Shown here in pieces: positions 1 to 9,931 of a stretch of DNA of 59,620 nt; positions within the stretch are counted from its first letter, which is position 1; each line of letters begins with the position of its first letter. The translations under genes and the position numbers were made by a program. Origin of the DNA: a virus (Duplodnaviria; Caudoviricetes); the IMG/VR virus record IMGVR_UViG_3300009507_000020, positions 1 through 59,620 of that record. The stretch is one strand, 5' to 3'. The notes beneath the pieces were generated by a model. The model did not search any database, was not told the origin of the DNA, and saw nothing but the letters and a program-made list of their open reading frames with translations.

Positions 1-2
1 CA

Positions 3-248
3 TCTGACGAAAGTCCCCCCACAACCTTGTTGAAACAACACATGAACTTCAAGTATTTTGTGAAGGGGTTGCGTGAGTCCGAACGTTTGCCGAGTGTCAA
101 AAGAGAAAAATTGTTCCTTGATATGGTTGAGACGATACATCCTCGTGATGCAGAATTGATCGTTACTATGATAAACAAGAAACCGCCTATGAAAGGCATC
201 ACTAAAAAACTGGTACAGGAGGCATTTCCAGAACTTATTCATGAATAG
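3..248 (+). CDS. 5'-truncated conserved T4-like phage hypothetical protein
   Basis: Frame is open from the window start (SDESPPTTLLKQH...KREKLFLDMVETIHPRDAELI...GITKKLVQEAFP); resembles a family found upstream of phoH in marine T4-like phages. Confidence 0.7.
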   Translation, partial: SDESPPTTLLKQHMNFKYFVKGLRESERLPSVKREKLFLDMVETIHPRDAELIVTMINKKPPMKGITKKLVQEAFPELIHE

Positions 249-279
249 ACCCCCCACTAATTAAGCTGAAGGAGAGAGT

Positions 280-453
280 ATGGTTGGAAACTCAAATCAA
301 CTAGAAAGACTTAGGAAAGACTCGCGAGAGTTGGGACATTACATTCATAAACTAAACAAAAAGGGGAAAGCAGACATTGCGTACAAAGTCGCTAAACGTC
401 AAACGTTTTTAGAGACTGCAATTCAACACGCTGAATCTCGACTAAGGGGGTGA
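280..453 (+). CDS. small basic hypothetical protein (57 aa), not in ORF track
   Basis: AAGGAGAGAG SD, ATG at 280, MVGNSNQLERLRKDSRELGHYIHKL...SRLRG*. Confidence 0.7.
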   Translation: MVGNSNQLERLRKDSRELGHYIHKLNKKGKADIAYKVAKRQTFLETAIQHAESRLRG

Positions 454-465
454 TCCGTATCTAAC

Positions 466-493
466 ACGGGCCTCTTTATTGGAGGCCCGTTTT
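466..493 (+). terminator. rho-independent terminator
   Basis: 9-bp stem ACGGGCCTC (466-474) / GAGGCCCGT (482-490) followed by a T run, just after the stop at 453. Confidence 0.7.
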
Positions 494-513
494 ACGTACT
501 GGACAACGATATT

Positions 514-753
514 ATGCCAACATACGATATGAAACACATCAAAACTGGAGAAGTCACTGAAATGATTATCTCCATATCAAAAATGACCGAGATGGTCGAG
601 TCCGGAGAATGGACTAATCAAATCAATTCCGCACCGCAAATGGTTACTGGAGTAGGATCTGTACTCAGTAAGACCAGTAGTGACTGGAAGGACAAACTCA
701 AACAAATCAAATCGAACCAAAGCAGGTACGTCAAGAACACTATCCATGACTAA
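514..753 (+). CDS. FmdB-like small protein (Cys-less) typical of phoH neighbourhoods
   Basis: MPTYDMK...TGE N-terminus and WKDKLKQIK C-terminal motif. Confidence 0.6.
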   Translation: MPTYDMKHIKTGEVTEMIISISKMTEMVESGEWTNQINSAPQMVTGVGSVLSKTSSDWKDKLKQIKSNQSRYVKNTIHD

Positions 754-913
754 GTTTTGGAAAATCTGGAAGCATGCTTTAGGATCGTTTGATGAAGAAG
801 ATGGGTACGACCCAACCAACGAAAACCTAATATCATACATAAGGACATTCATTGTATTGTCTAATCTTCTGTGTGCGTATCTAATAATGTATAATATCAT
901 TCGAGGATGGTAA
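746..913 (+). CDS. small membrane protein, paralog 1
   Basis: ATG 746 overlaps the previous gene end; WKIWKHALG...IRT followed by a hydrophobic helix. Confidence 0.65.
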   Translation: MTKFWKIWKHALGSFDEEDGYDPTNENLISYIRTFIVLSNLLCAYLIMYNIIRGW

Positions 914-1095
914 TGGGAAAAAAAATGTGGAGGATCTGGGCCAAGTCTCTTGGAGAGAAGGTCGGATCTACCGATAAACAGGCAGATAGTGTCGCAGTAA
1001 TACGAACAGTTTGGTGGTTGACTCATATGGCAACATGTTGGTTTATCATTCTTAACGCAATCGCAAACCACGGATGGGGACTCATCGGACTTTGA
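913..1095 (+). CDS. small membrane protein, paralog 2
   Basis: TAATG stop/start overlap; WRIWAKSLG...IRT followed by a hydrophobic helix. Confidence 0.65.
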   Translation: MGKKMWRIWAKSLGEKVGSTDKQADSVAVIRTVWWLTHMATCWFIILNAIANHGWGLIGL

Positions 1096-1784
1096 AAAAA
1101 CAACATTCTGAATCCATGAACATACGCATGGAACAACTACGTACCATTGAACCAGTAACACAAAGACAACAAGAGGCATTCGAAGCATACAAGTCGGGTA
1201 ATAATCTTGCGTTGGTAGGTACTGCGGGTACGGGTAAGACATTTCTTGCAATGTATTTTGCATTGGTTGAGATCCTTGATAAGGGTACTCCATATGAAAC
1301 GTTACATATAATTCGATCAGCAGTACCCACCAGAGAGGTGGGGTTTTTGCCAGGCACAATTGAAGAGAAACTACAGGCATTCACAGGCCCTTATCGTGCA
1401 GTCACGGCAGATCTTTTTGAGGATGATCGCGCATATGAGAAGTTAGTTCATAATAAATACATAGAGTTCGAATCAACTTCGTACATAAGGGGCATAACAT
1501 TTGACGACACGATTGTGTTAGTTGATGAGATGCAAAACTTAAACTTTCATGAACTAGATTCTGTGATTACACGTATAGGGAACAACTGCAAAGTTATCTT
1601 TTGTGGTGATGGCAGACAGTCAGACTTCAAGACAGATAGAGACAAGAAGGGTATCAGTACGTTCCTAGAGATATTGGAACAGATGAAACACTTTGAAACA
1701 ATCAACTTCTGTTGGGAGGATATAGTTCGTAGTGGTCTAGTGAGAGACTATATAATGACTAAGGAACACATGGGAATCGCATGA
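1074..1784 (+). CDS. phoH: PhoH-family ATPase
   Basis: Walker A GTAGTGKT, GFLPG, YIRGITF, VDEMQN, GDGRQSD, DIVRSGLV; true start may be TTG 1092 or ATG 1116. Confidence 0.95.
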   Translation: MGTHRTLKKQHSESMNIRMEQLRTIEPVTQRQQEAFEAYKSGNNLALVGTAGTGKTFLAMYFALVEILDKGTPYETLHIIRSAVPTREVGFLPGTIEEKLQAFTGPYRAVTADLFEDDRAYEKLVHNKYIEFESTSYIRGITFDDTIVLVDEMQNLNFHELDSVITRIGNNCKVIFCGDGRQSDFKTDRDKKGISTFLEILEQMKHFETINFCWEDIVRSGLVRDYIMTKEHMGIA

Positions 1785-1805
1785 ACCAATTAAAGGAGAA
1801 ATGTA

Positions 1806-2048
1806 ATGTCCGATATATTTGATTTCGGATTTACTGCGGTAACAGAAGACGAACTAGAAGTCGTCACCACCGAACGTGAGTTAGGATCCGATACACAAGA
1901 ACGTTTGGATAAGTTGTTCAATGCAGTGACACCACTGTTAAACAACCTCAAAAAGAATCCGGAGAAAGAATACATTCTCTGGCCAAACAGACTCGCAAAA
2001 GTAGAAGAGTTTGAAGACATGTTACAATCAATTTACCAAGGAGATTAA
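1806..2048 (+). CDS. conserved phage hypothetical protein
   Basis: AAGGAG SD; FDFGFTAV...LNNLKKNPEKEYILWPNR motif. Confidence 0.75.
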   Translation: MSDIFDFGFTAVTEDELEVVTTERELGSDTQERLDKLFNAVTPLLNNLKKNPEKEYILWPNRLAKVEEFEDMLQSIYQGD

Positions 2049-2049
2049 A

Positions 2050-2496
2050 GTGAATAGGCAAGAAGTGTTTGAAACCCTAAAAGTTGACGAAGGAGTAGAA
2101 TATGTCATCTATAACGACCATCTCGGCTATCCAACCTTTGGTGTCGGGCATCTCGTCCTCGAATCAGATCCCGAACATGGACAACCCACAGGAACCCCAG
2201 TCAGTGAAGAAAGAGTCGCAGAGTGTTTCGATAACGACCTCGATACAGCGATCAACGAATGTCATGCTCTATACGGACAGGGCGAGTTTGATTCACTACC
2301 AGACAGAGTACAGGGTGTACTTGTTAATATGATGTTCAATATGGGACGCACCCGTCTCAGTAAGTTCAAGAACTTCAACTCTGCGATTGCTGAAGGGGAT
2401 TGGGTTCGTGCAGGTGTGGAAGGTAGGGACAGTTTATGGCACCGTCAGGTCACTAACAGAGCTGAACGGTTAATGGTAGTTTTAGAAGAGAGTTGA
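2050..2496 (+). CDS. T4-type lysozyme (GH24)
   Basis: LKVDEG...IYNDHLGYPTFGVGHL (E-x8-D-x5-T triad), NMMFNMG, SLWHRQVTNRA; GTG start at 2050 after GGAG. Confidence 0.92.
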   Translation: MNRQEVFETLKVDEGVEYVIYNDHLGYPTFGVGHLVLESDPEHGQPTGTPVSEERVAECFDNDLDTAINECHALYGQGEFDSLPDRVQGVLVNMMFNMGRTRLSKFKNFNSAIAEGDWVRAGVEGRDSLWHRQVTNRAERLMVVLEES

Positions 2497-2505
2497 GTTT
2501 TCACC

Positions 2506-2655
2506 ATGGCGAAGTACAGCCGTTTTGATCCTAGAAACAAAAAGAAAGATCGTCACAAGAACCAATACCAAAACTTAAACGTTGCGGTAAAACACGAAAA
2601 ACCAAAACGTGTGGATAAAGAGAATTGGGATGATGGAACTGCAAGAGTGAAATAG
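2506..2655 (+). CDS. small basic hypothetical protein (49 aa), not in ORF track
   Basis: MAKYSRFDPRNKKKDRHK...; fills the gap between lysozyme and the next gene. Confidence 0.6.
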   Translation: MAKYSRFDPRNKKKDRHKNQYQNLNVAVKHEKPKRVDKENWDDGTARVK

Positions 2656-2656
2656 T

Positions 2657-3505
2657 ATGAACGAAGTGCCTCGTGAACCTATCTCGGGTCAACCTATAAG
2701 AGTTAATGATGATTACGAGATAGACTGGCGCGGTACAATTGGTGTCGGTGACATATTGTATGGTCTGAATGCAGCACATTCGTTGTCTAAGATGTACGAC
2801 CATCCAATTAAGATGAATGTTTTCTGGGAGCATGATGAGGACTATGTCTACCATTATGAAGACCCAGAAACCATCATCGAACGTTCTAACATTCTTGAAG
2901 GGATGTACCACAACGCACACAACGTTACTGTTAACCATATCTTCAACTCAACAGACATGGAGATAAGGAAACTGAGGTGGCGGGGTTTCGGTCACCAAAG
3001 AAATCAACAAAAGGTACTCACCTTTCATCACTGGTTATTCCGTAAAGAGTTATTCCAACGTTCTCAAAACAAAGTAGTGTTCTGGAGACCTACCTTCAAT
3101 CGAGAGATACCTTCTGGTGGTAAGAAATGGAAGATGAGTTTCTCGGTGAAAGAGTGGGAAAGAATTATCATGTTTCTTGAACTCAAAGGATATGAACTCG
3201 TTGAGTTGTCCTATCGTACACCCGTACGTGAGGCAATATACCATATAAGTACTTCTAAGTTCTGCATCTTCTATGATGGGATGTGGCAGTATATTGCACG
3301 TAACTTTTGTAAACCTGTTATCTCATTAGGTGATAGCGGTATCGCAAAGGTACATTCACCACAGGGTGTTCACTTTAGTAAACCACATGACCCCAAAGAC
3401 TGCTTCTGGGATTACCTATATAGATTACCCCAGAACGAGAAACATCTAGAGGGTCGTGCAAGACGTTATAAGAAACAACTAATGGATAAAATAGATGACT
3501 TTTAA
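2657..3505 (+). CDS. putative GT-B glycosyltransferase (GT9-like)
   Basis: GVGDIL near the N-terminus, W..II, FYDGMWQYIA resembling the GT9 DSG..H.A segment; lies in a glycan cluster. Confidence 0.5.
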   Translation: MNEVPREPISGQPIRVNDDYEIDWRGTIGVGDILYGLNAAHSLSKMYDHPIKMNVFWEHDEDYVYHYEDPETIIERSNILEGMYHNAHNVTVNHIFNSTDMEIRKLRWRGFGHQRNQQKVLTFHHWLFRKELFQRSQNKVVFWRPTFNREIPSGGKKWKMSFSVKEWERIIMFLELKGYELVELSYRTPVREAIYHISTSKFCIFYDGMWQYIARNFCKPVISLGDSGIAKVHSPQGVHFSKPHDPKDCFWDYLYRLPQNEKHLEGRARRYKKQLMDKIDDF

Positions 3506-4475
3506 AATCGATCGGGCAGTTATAGAAGTGAATGGTGGTTGTAACTACTCCTGTTCTATGTGTCCTCAAGACGTACGTACAGGCGGACGACATAAAGGTT
3601 TTCTCAAGAAGATGTCGCTCCAAGAGTTCGAGGACAATGTAGCAGACTGTGCACAGTATGGTCTACGTGTTGTCAATCTCGATGGTTCAGGTGAAGCAAC
3701 ACTCAATCGTAATCTACCCGAGTATATCAAGATTGTCAAAAAGTATGGTGCGAAGGCGTTTATCTTCTCGAATGGTTATCGTATGGAAGGGAAGTTCATG
3801 CGGGACTGCGTAGATGCGGGGTTAGACTTCTATCGATTCTCTTGGATTGGATATGATGTTGACGCATATGACAAGTGGATGTATAACCGTATCGCGGGTA
3901 ACTTTGATAACACATGGGCCAAAGTGAAAGCAATGCGGGATTATGTCAAAGAGACTAACTCAGATTGTGTTGTGTCTACCTATCATCTAATCACAGACAA
4001 CGACAACATAGACTTTGAGTTAGAACACTACAAACGCATAGTCGAAGAACTCGATGTCAAAACAGAAATCTGGAAGATGCACAACTGGTCAGGTGTCACT
4101 GACATCTCTGATACTGGTGTGCGTAAAGGATCGGTGAAAACTTGCGGAAGACCTTTTAGTCCCGATGTCGTTATTCGTGCGGGTGGTATTGACAATAAGA
4201 AAGGTGCTGTACATCCGTGTTGTCAAGTCCTTGGAAGAGATGAAGAAGCAGTCCTAGGACACACCGAAGACACCGACATCAAATCCATCTTCTATGGAGA
4301 GGCATATTCTAAACTACGGGATCAACACACTTCTGGCGATTATCCAGATTTTTGTAAGTCATGTGATTTTCTCATAGACGATCCAGAAGTTTTGGTCTAC
4401 ACAAATCACGAGAGAGATCTCATGAAGATGCATGGTACTGAGTTTAATCTTCGTGACTATCAAAATGAAACCTGA
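3495..4475 (+). CDS. radical SAM protein with SPASM/twitch domain
   Basis: CNYSCSMC; GSGEATL; C-terminal C...PCC...CKSC. Confidence 0.9.
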   Translation: MTFKIDRAVIEVNGGCNYSCSMCPQDVRTGGRHKGFLKKMSLQEFEDNVADCAQYGLRVVNLDGSGEATLNRNLPEYIKIVKKYGAKAFIFSNGYRMEGKFMRDCVDAGLDFYRFSWIGYDVDAYDKWMYNRIAGNFDNTWAKVKAMRDYVKETNSDCVVSTYHLITDNDNIDFELEHYKRIVEELDVKTEIWKMHNWSGVTDISDTGVRKGSVKTCGRPFSPDVVIRAGGIDNKKGAVHPCCQVLGRDEEAVLGHTEDTDIKSIFYGEAYSKLRDQHTSGDYPDFCKSCDFLIDDPEVLVYTNHERDLMKMHGTEFNLRDYQNET

Positions 4476-5019
4476 TGTCTGGATGATCCAGATGTCCTCA
4501 TCTCCCCAATCGATGTACTATCGGGGTAGAGTTGAGGAGTCTTGGGATGGGTATAATGTCAAGTATTTCGAGGCGATTACACCTGAAACAATGGACGAAA
4601 AAGGATACTTGACCTTCGGAAAGAAACGTGATACAATAGAGTTCACACCGACAGAGAAAGCAGTCTGGTATAGTCATGTAGAACTGTGGGCAAAGGCAAG
4701 AAAGAAACCAATATTAATCTTAGAACATGATGCACTATTGGTAAAACCTATACCTGAACGTATATGGCAACAAAACGATATGGTTTGTTTAGGTCATACG
4801 GGTAAAGCTAAACGTCATCTGCCGGGTCTTGCATACTATCTAACACCAGAAATTGCAACAAAAATGGTGAATGATGTGAAGGGTATAAGTAACATCACAT
4901 GGAACTCGGACGGTACTATACACGGGTACTGTGGTAAGAACGGTGTATTTGAAACAGACCATGTCTATCAAGTACAGAATAGATCCATTGGCACAACTAT
5001 AGAGCATATGAAAAAGTGA
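4465..5019 (+). CDS. GT25-family glycosyltransferase
   Basis: FEAITP, SHVELW, LILEHDA, AYYLTP; start placed at ATG 4465. Confidence 0.75.
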   Translation: MKPDVWMIQMSSSPQSMYYRGRVEESWDGYNVKYFEAITPETMDEKGYLTFGKKRDTIEFTPTEKAVWYSHVELWAKARKKPILILEHDALLVKPIPERIWQQNDMVCLGHTGKAKRHLPGLAYYLTPEIATKMVNDVKGISNITWNSDGTIHGYCGKNGVFETDHVYQVQNRSIGTTIEHMKK

Positions 5020-5807
5020 AGAGACTAGTATATCAAGTTTGTCTAGGCAAAGCGAAGAACTCGAAATTGTACAAACATTGTATAAACAGTGTTGCAGAGT
5101 ACTGTAAGAAATACGGGTTTACTCATATGGTTCAAACTACACCCATAGTAAACATTCGTCCAGATCCCTTTCAGAGTAACAGATCCGAAGACTCGTGGAA
5201 AAAACACGGTGGGTTCTTGCCCATCTACGAGAAAGAAAACGCGTTTAGTTTTATGAATGAGTTTGATCAGATCGCGATCATTGATGCAGACATTTTTATT
5301 CGCGATTACACACCTAACATCTTTGATGACTTTGGTACAGACCATGCGTTCGGTGCAGTATGTGAACGCGGCATGAACATATCACAAAGATATGTCGATA
5401 AAATCAAGAATTATAGTCATATGCAATACTCTACATTGCAGTGTAACAACATAGACTTTAAACCAAATGAACGTGGGTTCGAGTTTTTCAACATGGGTAT
5501 GATCCTGATCAACTCATCTCTGTTTCGTCCCTACCTAAATAACCAAACACCGGCTGAGTTCATCCAACGATATGAGTTTATGGACTTTGTTAATGGTAAA
5601 GGGCCATGGAAGTGGTCTACAGACCAGACATTACTTAATTATTTCTTGAAGAAATATAAGGTTCCTACTAAACATATGAACCAAAAGTGGAACGGGTTAT
5701 TTACCGCGAATGAAGACATCTCGACATGTCATTTTGTACATTTCTTTTTAAAAGATTTGTTACCGAATAAAGGAGAAGATGTCGATAAACTTATGGAACT
5801 GATATGA
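5016..5807 (+). CDS. GT8-like glycosyltransferase
   Basis: DAD (DxD), FFNMGMILI, DQTLLNY, WN, FVHF. Confidence 0.8.
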   Translation: MKRLVYQVCLGKAKNSKLYKHCINSVAEYCKKYGFTHMVQTTPIVNIRPDPFQSNRSEDSWKKHGGFLPIYEKENAFSFMNEFDQIAIIDADIFIRDYTPNIFDDFGTDHAFGAVCERGMNISQRYVDKIKNYSHMQYSTLQCNNIDFKPNERGFEFFNMGMILINSSLFRPYLNNQTPAEFIQRYEFMDFVNGKGPWKWSTDQTLLNYFLKKYKVPTKHMNQKWNGLFTANEDISTCHFVHFFLKDLLPNKGEDVDKLMELI

Positions 5808-6916
5808 GTCAGAGTTACGAAGAGAAGACACAGAAGTACGCCACGTGGGGAGACAAGTATCTCCAACATACGGATGTGCTCTATTCTATCCAATACGAAG
5901 ATACGTTCAAACCGATCAACGTACAACTATGTTTGTGTGAAATGTGTGACAGTGATTGTCCGTTCTGTTCGGTGGCTGCACGACCATTAAAGAGTTACAT
6001 ACCATTCGAAAAGATCGAAAAGTTATTTGAAGACTTCTCTAAGTTAGGTGCAAAGGCAATTGAGATTACCGGTGGTGGTAATCCTATGTTGTACCGTGAC
6101 AAGGTATCAAAGAAAAACATCAACGACGTAGTCCTACTTGCATCTAAGTATGGATTTGACGTAGGTATCATTACCAACACCGAGAAACTAGAACGTCACC
6201 TCAGACCAGAAGTTTATCCCCATCTCAAGTGGATCCGTGTTAGTCTAATCAAATTAGATGAGAAGTGTCAACCCGAAGATTACGACTTTGGTTCGTTTCC
6301 AAAAGATAAGATCGGTCTATCCTATATCATATATGATGGTACTGGTGGTATACCAGATGAGTTGTCGCGTACGAACAAACCATATGCGGGTACAACCGTA
6401 GAGTCAATCAAAAAGATCGCAAAGTTAATTGAACTAAATCCAGAGATCAAGTTCTGTCGTCTTGCGGGTAATGCTCTGATTGATGGTGCACAGGTAGAGG
6501 TACAGAACCAGTGGAAAGAGGTTGTGAAACAGATTGACGTTGACAACAAGTTCTTTATCAAGGATATCTGGGATAACGCAACACCATATGATAATGGTTG
6601 TTATGTGGGTCTCACACGTCCTTACATTGCGCCACACCCTGAAGGAGGAGACTATCAGGTGTATGTGTGCACAAGTCACGTACTAGAGAAACGTACATAT
6701 GACCTAGATTTTTCTCTTGGATCTATTGACAATGTGTTAGAAATATGGAATACTTGTAATATACAATATGCAAAAACAGGTGTCCCATACAACATAAGAG
6801 GCGCAGGTGATGGTGGTTGGAAGGAAGCATGTCCCAACTGTTTTTATTTTAACAACAACAAACTTCTTCATACCGTTGCACAACAAATGAGTGAAGATGA
6901 TAGGAACTTTGCATGA
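5804..6916 (+). CDS. radical SAM protein
   Basis: CDSDCPFC, ITGGGNP, C-terminal auxiliary Cys (C...VC...CPNC). Confidence 0.9.
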   Translation: MSQSYEEKTQKYATWGDKYLQHTDVLYSIQYEDTFKPINVQLCLCEMCDSDCPFCSVAARPLKSYIPFEKIEKLFEDFSKLGAKAIEITGGGNPMLYRDKVSKKNINDVVLLASKYGFDVGIITNTEKLERHLRPEVYPHLKWIRVSLIKLDEKCQPEDYDFGSFPKDKIGLSYIIYDGTGGIPDELSRTNKPYAGTTVESIKKIAKLIELNPEIKFCRLAGNALIDGAQVEVQNQWKEVVKQIDVDNKFFIKDIWDNATPYDNGCYVGLTRPYIAPHPEGGDYQVYVCTSHVLEKRTYDLDFSLGSIDNVLEIWNTCNIQYAKTGVPYNIRGAGDGGWKEACPNCFYFNNNKLLHTVAQQMSEDDRNFA

Positions 6917-7512
6917 TGAATGATTCAGATTTTGGTGAAGCATATTACAGTACAGTGAACTACATTGATTTCCTTCAACGAGGAGATCGTTACAAAAGAC
7001 TCGCAGCAGACATCAATGATCTGTTGAAGAAGATTGGACTCAACAAAGGCCCTGTATTGGACTTTGGTTGTGCAGTCGGTTTCGTGATCGAAGCAATGGA
7101 AAACGAAGGTTACGAAGATGTAAGTGGTGTTGATATCAGTGAATGGGCGTTAAGTCAGTGCAGGGAAAAGGGACTGGACGTAAGCAACTCTATCGACCCC
7201 GATAAAGAATATGGTCTTACCTTTGCATTAGATGTATTGGAACATATGAACATGGATCAGGTCTTAGACTTACTCAATACTTTAGAGACCGAAACCATAG
7301 TGTTCCGAATGCCTATCTGTGCAGAAGAGGGAGAAGATTATGTTTTGGAGTGTTCTAGAAAAGACCCCACTCATCGAATCAGAATGACACGAGATGAATG
7401 GGAAGAAGTGTTTAACCAAGCTGGATATTACTGTGTCGACCTCAATCTACCTACAATCTATTGTAGTGAGGGAGTTTATTCCGGTTTAGCAATAAGGAGT
7501 TATTACCTATAA
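6913..7512 (+). CDS. class I SAM-dependent methyltransferase
   Basis: VLDFGCAVG, GVDISEW, DVLEH, DPTH. Confidence 0.9.
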   Translation: MMNDSDFGEAYYSTVNYIDFLQRGDRYKRLAADINDLLKKIGLNKGPVLDFGCAVGFVIEAMENEGYEDVSGVDISEWALSQCREKGLDVSNSIDPDKEYGLTFALDVLEHMNMDQVLDLLNTLETETIVFRMPICAEEGEDYVLECSRKDPTHRIRMTRDEWEEVFNQAGYYCVDLNLPTIYCSEGVYSGLAIRSYYL

Positions 7513-7853
7513 TGAACTATTACTTAGTACGTGTTGGTGAAGGGCATTGTATATACTGCAACGGGGCACAAGAATCGATAGAAAACTATCTTCTTGCGGG
7601 ATCAGAAGACTCGATTGAAGTGGTTGATCTTGAAAATCTAACTCTTGAAAAACAACAAGATCTGATGATGATTGCGGAATCTCAAGACCCCGGCTATATT
7701 GGTCAACATGAGATCGCGCCGGGCAACGAACATGCCCGTGCAAAGATATCTAATATGCGGTTGACACCACAGTTGTTTACTCATGATGACGATGGTGCGA
7801 ACTGGGTATATGTTGGCGGCGATGTAGAGATTCGCGAAGCTTGCGGGATATAA
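7512..7853 (+). CDS. glutaredoxin-like protein with internal insertion
   Basis: CIYC near the N-terminus, TPQLF (cis-Pro motif), YVGG. Confidence 0.55.
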   Translation: MNYYLVRVGEGHCIYCNGAQESIENYLLAGSEDSIEVVDLENLTLEKQQDLMMIAESQDPGYIGQHEIAPGNEHARAKISNMRLTPQLFTHDDDGANWVYVGGDVEIREACGI

Positions 7854-7895
7854 TGCATCTATATAACAGTGACGTGATGATTATAGATTACACTT

Positions 7896-9251
7896 ATGAA
7901 TACAAAACTAATCCTTTTCGATCTAGACGGGGTGTTAATTGACGCAAAAGACATTCACTACAGAGCGTTAAACTGTGCGCTCGGTGAAGACTATGCGATC
8001 ACCCCCGAAGAACATCGAAACATATATGATGGCAGAAAGACCTTAGAGAAGTTAGAATTACTAACCGAACTAAAGGGTTTACCTTCCGAGTTACACGAAG
8101 ATATATTCCGAAATAAACAGGAAATTACAGTAAAAGAACTGGGCAGTGTACCTGTAAACCACTCTGCAATAGAACTTATGCAAGAACTTGTTGAACTAGG
8201 ATACACGATCGGTGTGTGTTCTAACTCAATAAAACCAACTGTATACTCTGCGTTAGAGAAGACAGGTTTGTTAGAATACTGCAAAATTGTCCTGTCAAAC
8301 AATCACGTTAAAAACTCCAAACCACACCCCGAAATGTATTGGACAGCAATGTCCATGTACGGATTTCTGCCCGAAGAGACTGTTATTATCGAAGACTCCC
8401 CGCCTGGATTGTTGGCGGCAAAGAGATCTGGTGCATCTTGCATACGTGTTGCAAACCCTACCGAAGTGACCAAAGAAAACATACTACCTAAACTACAGAG
8501 ATTGGCGAACCCTATGAATAACAAATGGAAAGATGAAAAACTCAACGTTTTAATACCTATGGCGGGTGCAGGTTCTCGCTTTAAGCAAGCAGGGTACACT
8601 TTTCCTAAACCCCTGATCGATGTCAATGGTAAACCCATGATACAGGTAGTGGTAGAGAACTTAGGACTGGACGCAAACTTTATCTTTGTTGTACAGAGAG
8701 AACATCGTGAACGTTTTCATCTCGAAAACATGTTGCCATTGATCGCTCCAAACTGTATAATAGTAGAAGTAGATGAGATGACACAAGGTGCCGCATGTAC
8801 TGCCTTACTCGCTAAGGATTACATAGACAATGATTCCCCTTTGTTCTTTGCAAACAGTGACCAATGGGTCGACTGGAATCCTACACAGTTCATGTATGAG
8901 ATGCAAGAGACTGGTGCAGATGGTGGTATAGTAACATTCAAAGCAACACACCCCAAGTGGTCGTTTGCGAAGATAGATGAAAATAACTTTGTGACTGAGG
9001 TTGCAGAGAAGAACCCTATCAGTGACAATGCCACGGTGGGATACTACTACTGGAAACACGGATCTGATTTTGTAAAGTATGCAGAACAGATGATCGAAAA
9101 GGACATAAGAGTCAATGGTGAGTTCTATGTGTGTCCTGTGTTCAATGAAGCAATCGCAGACTGTAAAGAGATACGCACTCACACCGCAAATGGTATGTGG
9201 GGTCTGGGTACACCAGAAGATCTTGAATACTTCCTGAAGGGAAAGATATGA
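7896..9251 (+). CDS. HAD phosphatase / sugar-nucleotidyltransferase fusion
   Basis: N-terminal FDLDGVL, KPHP, IEDS; C-terminal IPMAGAGSRF...PKPLI, EKNPIS, GLGTPEDL. Confidence 0.9.
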   Translation: MNTKLILFDLDGVLIDAKDIHYRALNCALGEDYAITPEEHRNIYDGRKTLEKLELLTELKGLPSELHEDIFRNKQEITVKELGSVPVNHSAIELMQELVELGYTIGVCSNSIKPTVYSALEKTGLLEYCKIVLSNNHVKNSKPHPEMYWTAMSMYGFLPEETVIIEDSPPGLLAAKRSGASCIRVANPTEVTKENILPKLQRLANPMNNKWKDEKLNVLIPMAGAGSRFKQAGYTFPKPLIDVNGKPMIQVVVENLGLDANFIFVVQREHRERFHLENMLPLIAPNCIIVEVDEMTQGAACTALLAKDYIDNDSPLFFANSDQWVDWNPTQFMYEMQETGADGGIVTFKATHPKWSFAKIDENNFVTEVAEKNPISDNATVGYYYWKHGSDFVKYAEQMIEKDIRVNGEFYVCPVFNEAIADCKEIRTHTANGMWGLGTPEDLEYFLKGKI

Positions 9252-9931
9252 GAAATATAATACTACAACACTGGACTGGCCCAATGGGTGAGTTAGAGAA
9301 GAAGTCACAGAAGTCTATCAAAGCATATGCAGAGTTCTGTGGTGCAGACTATGAGTTGGTCACCGGTGATGTCTTTCGTAGTGGACTGAGTGCGCCTTGT
9401 CAGAAGATGTGTATGTTGTCACCTAAGTGGGATGACTATGATATTGTGGTCATGATGGACATTGACATGTTCACACGTAAAGGTTTGACCAAGAACATCT
9501 TTACAGATGATACTGGTGTTGGTAGACACTTTGGCATTCAACCATCGTTGCGTAAGAAGTTATGCAATCGTTTCCCTCTGTTAGGGGATGAACGATATCC
9601 ATACTGGGGTGGTTCAATCTATCGACTGGAGAAAGATATCAGAATCAAACTCCGTGAACAGATACACGAACATGAGATTAAACAGTTTCATAACAACTAC
9701 GAAGATGAGGGTATCATGCATCGTCTCGCAGTACGTGCAGATCTAAAGGAAGATCCTTCACTGTACCTAGATGATGACAAGTGGAACAGATCCTCGTTTG
9801 AGGAAAACGTAGATGAAGGATATATAATCCATATTCGCCGTAAAATGAAGAACACGCCGGGGAGACCATCCCCTAAACAGGATAAGATACTTAACTACAG
9901 AAAGTTAGTACAAAAAGGAATAATTGAATGA
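9248..9931 (+). CDS. GT-A fold glycosyltransferase
   Basis: YA...GADY, MMDIDMF, DEGIMH, WN, IIH; paralogous pattern to 5016 and 10856. Confidence 0.65.
   Translation: MRNIILQHWTGPMGELEKKSQKSIKAYAEFCGADYELVTGDVFRSGLSAPCQKMCMLSPKWDDYDIVVMMDIDMFTRKGLTKNIFTDDTGVGRHFGIQPSLRKKLCNRFPLLGDERYPYWGGSIYRLEKDIRIKLREQIHEHEIKQFHNNYEDEGIMHRLAVRADLKEDPSLYLDDDKWNRSSFEENVDEGYIIHIRRKMKNTPGRPSPKQDKILNYRKLVQKGIIE

Noticed and set aside
577-1380. 267-aa minus-strand ORF
   Set aside because: Antisense to well-supported plus-strand genes including phoH; no recognisable motifs
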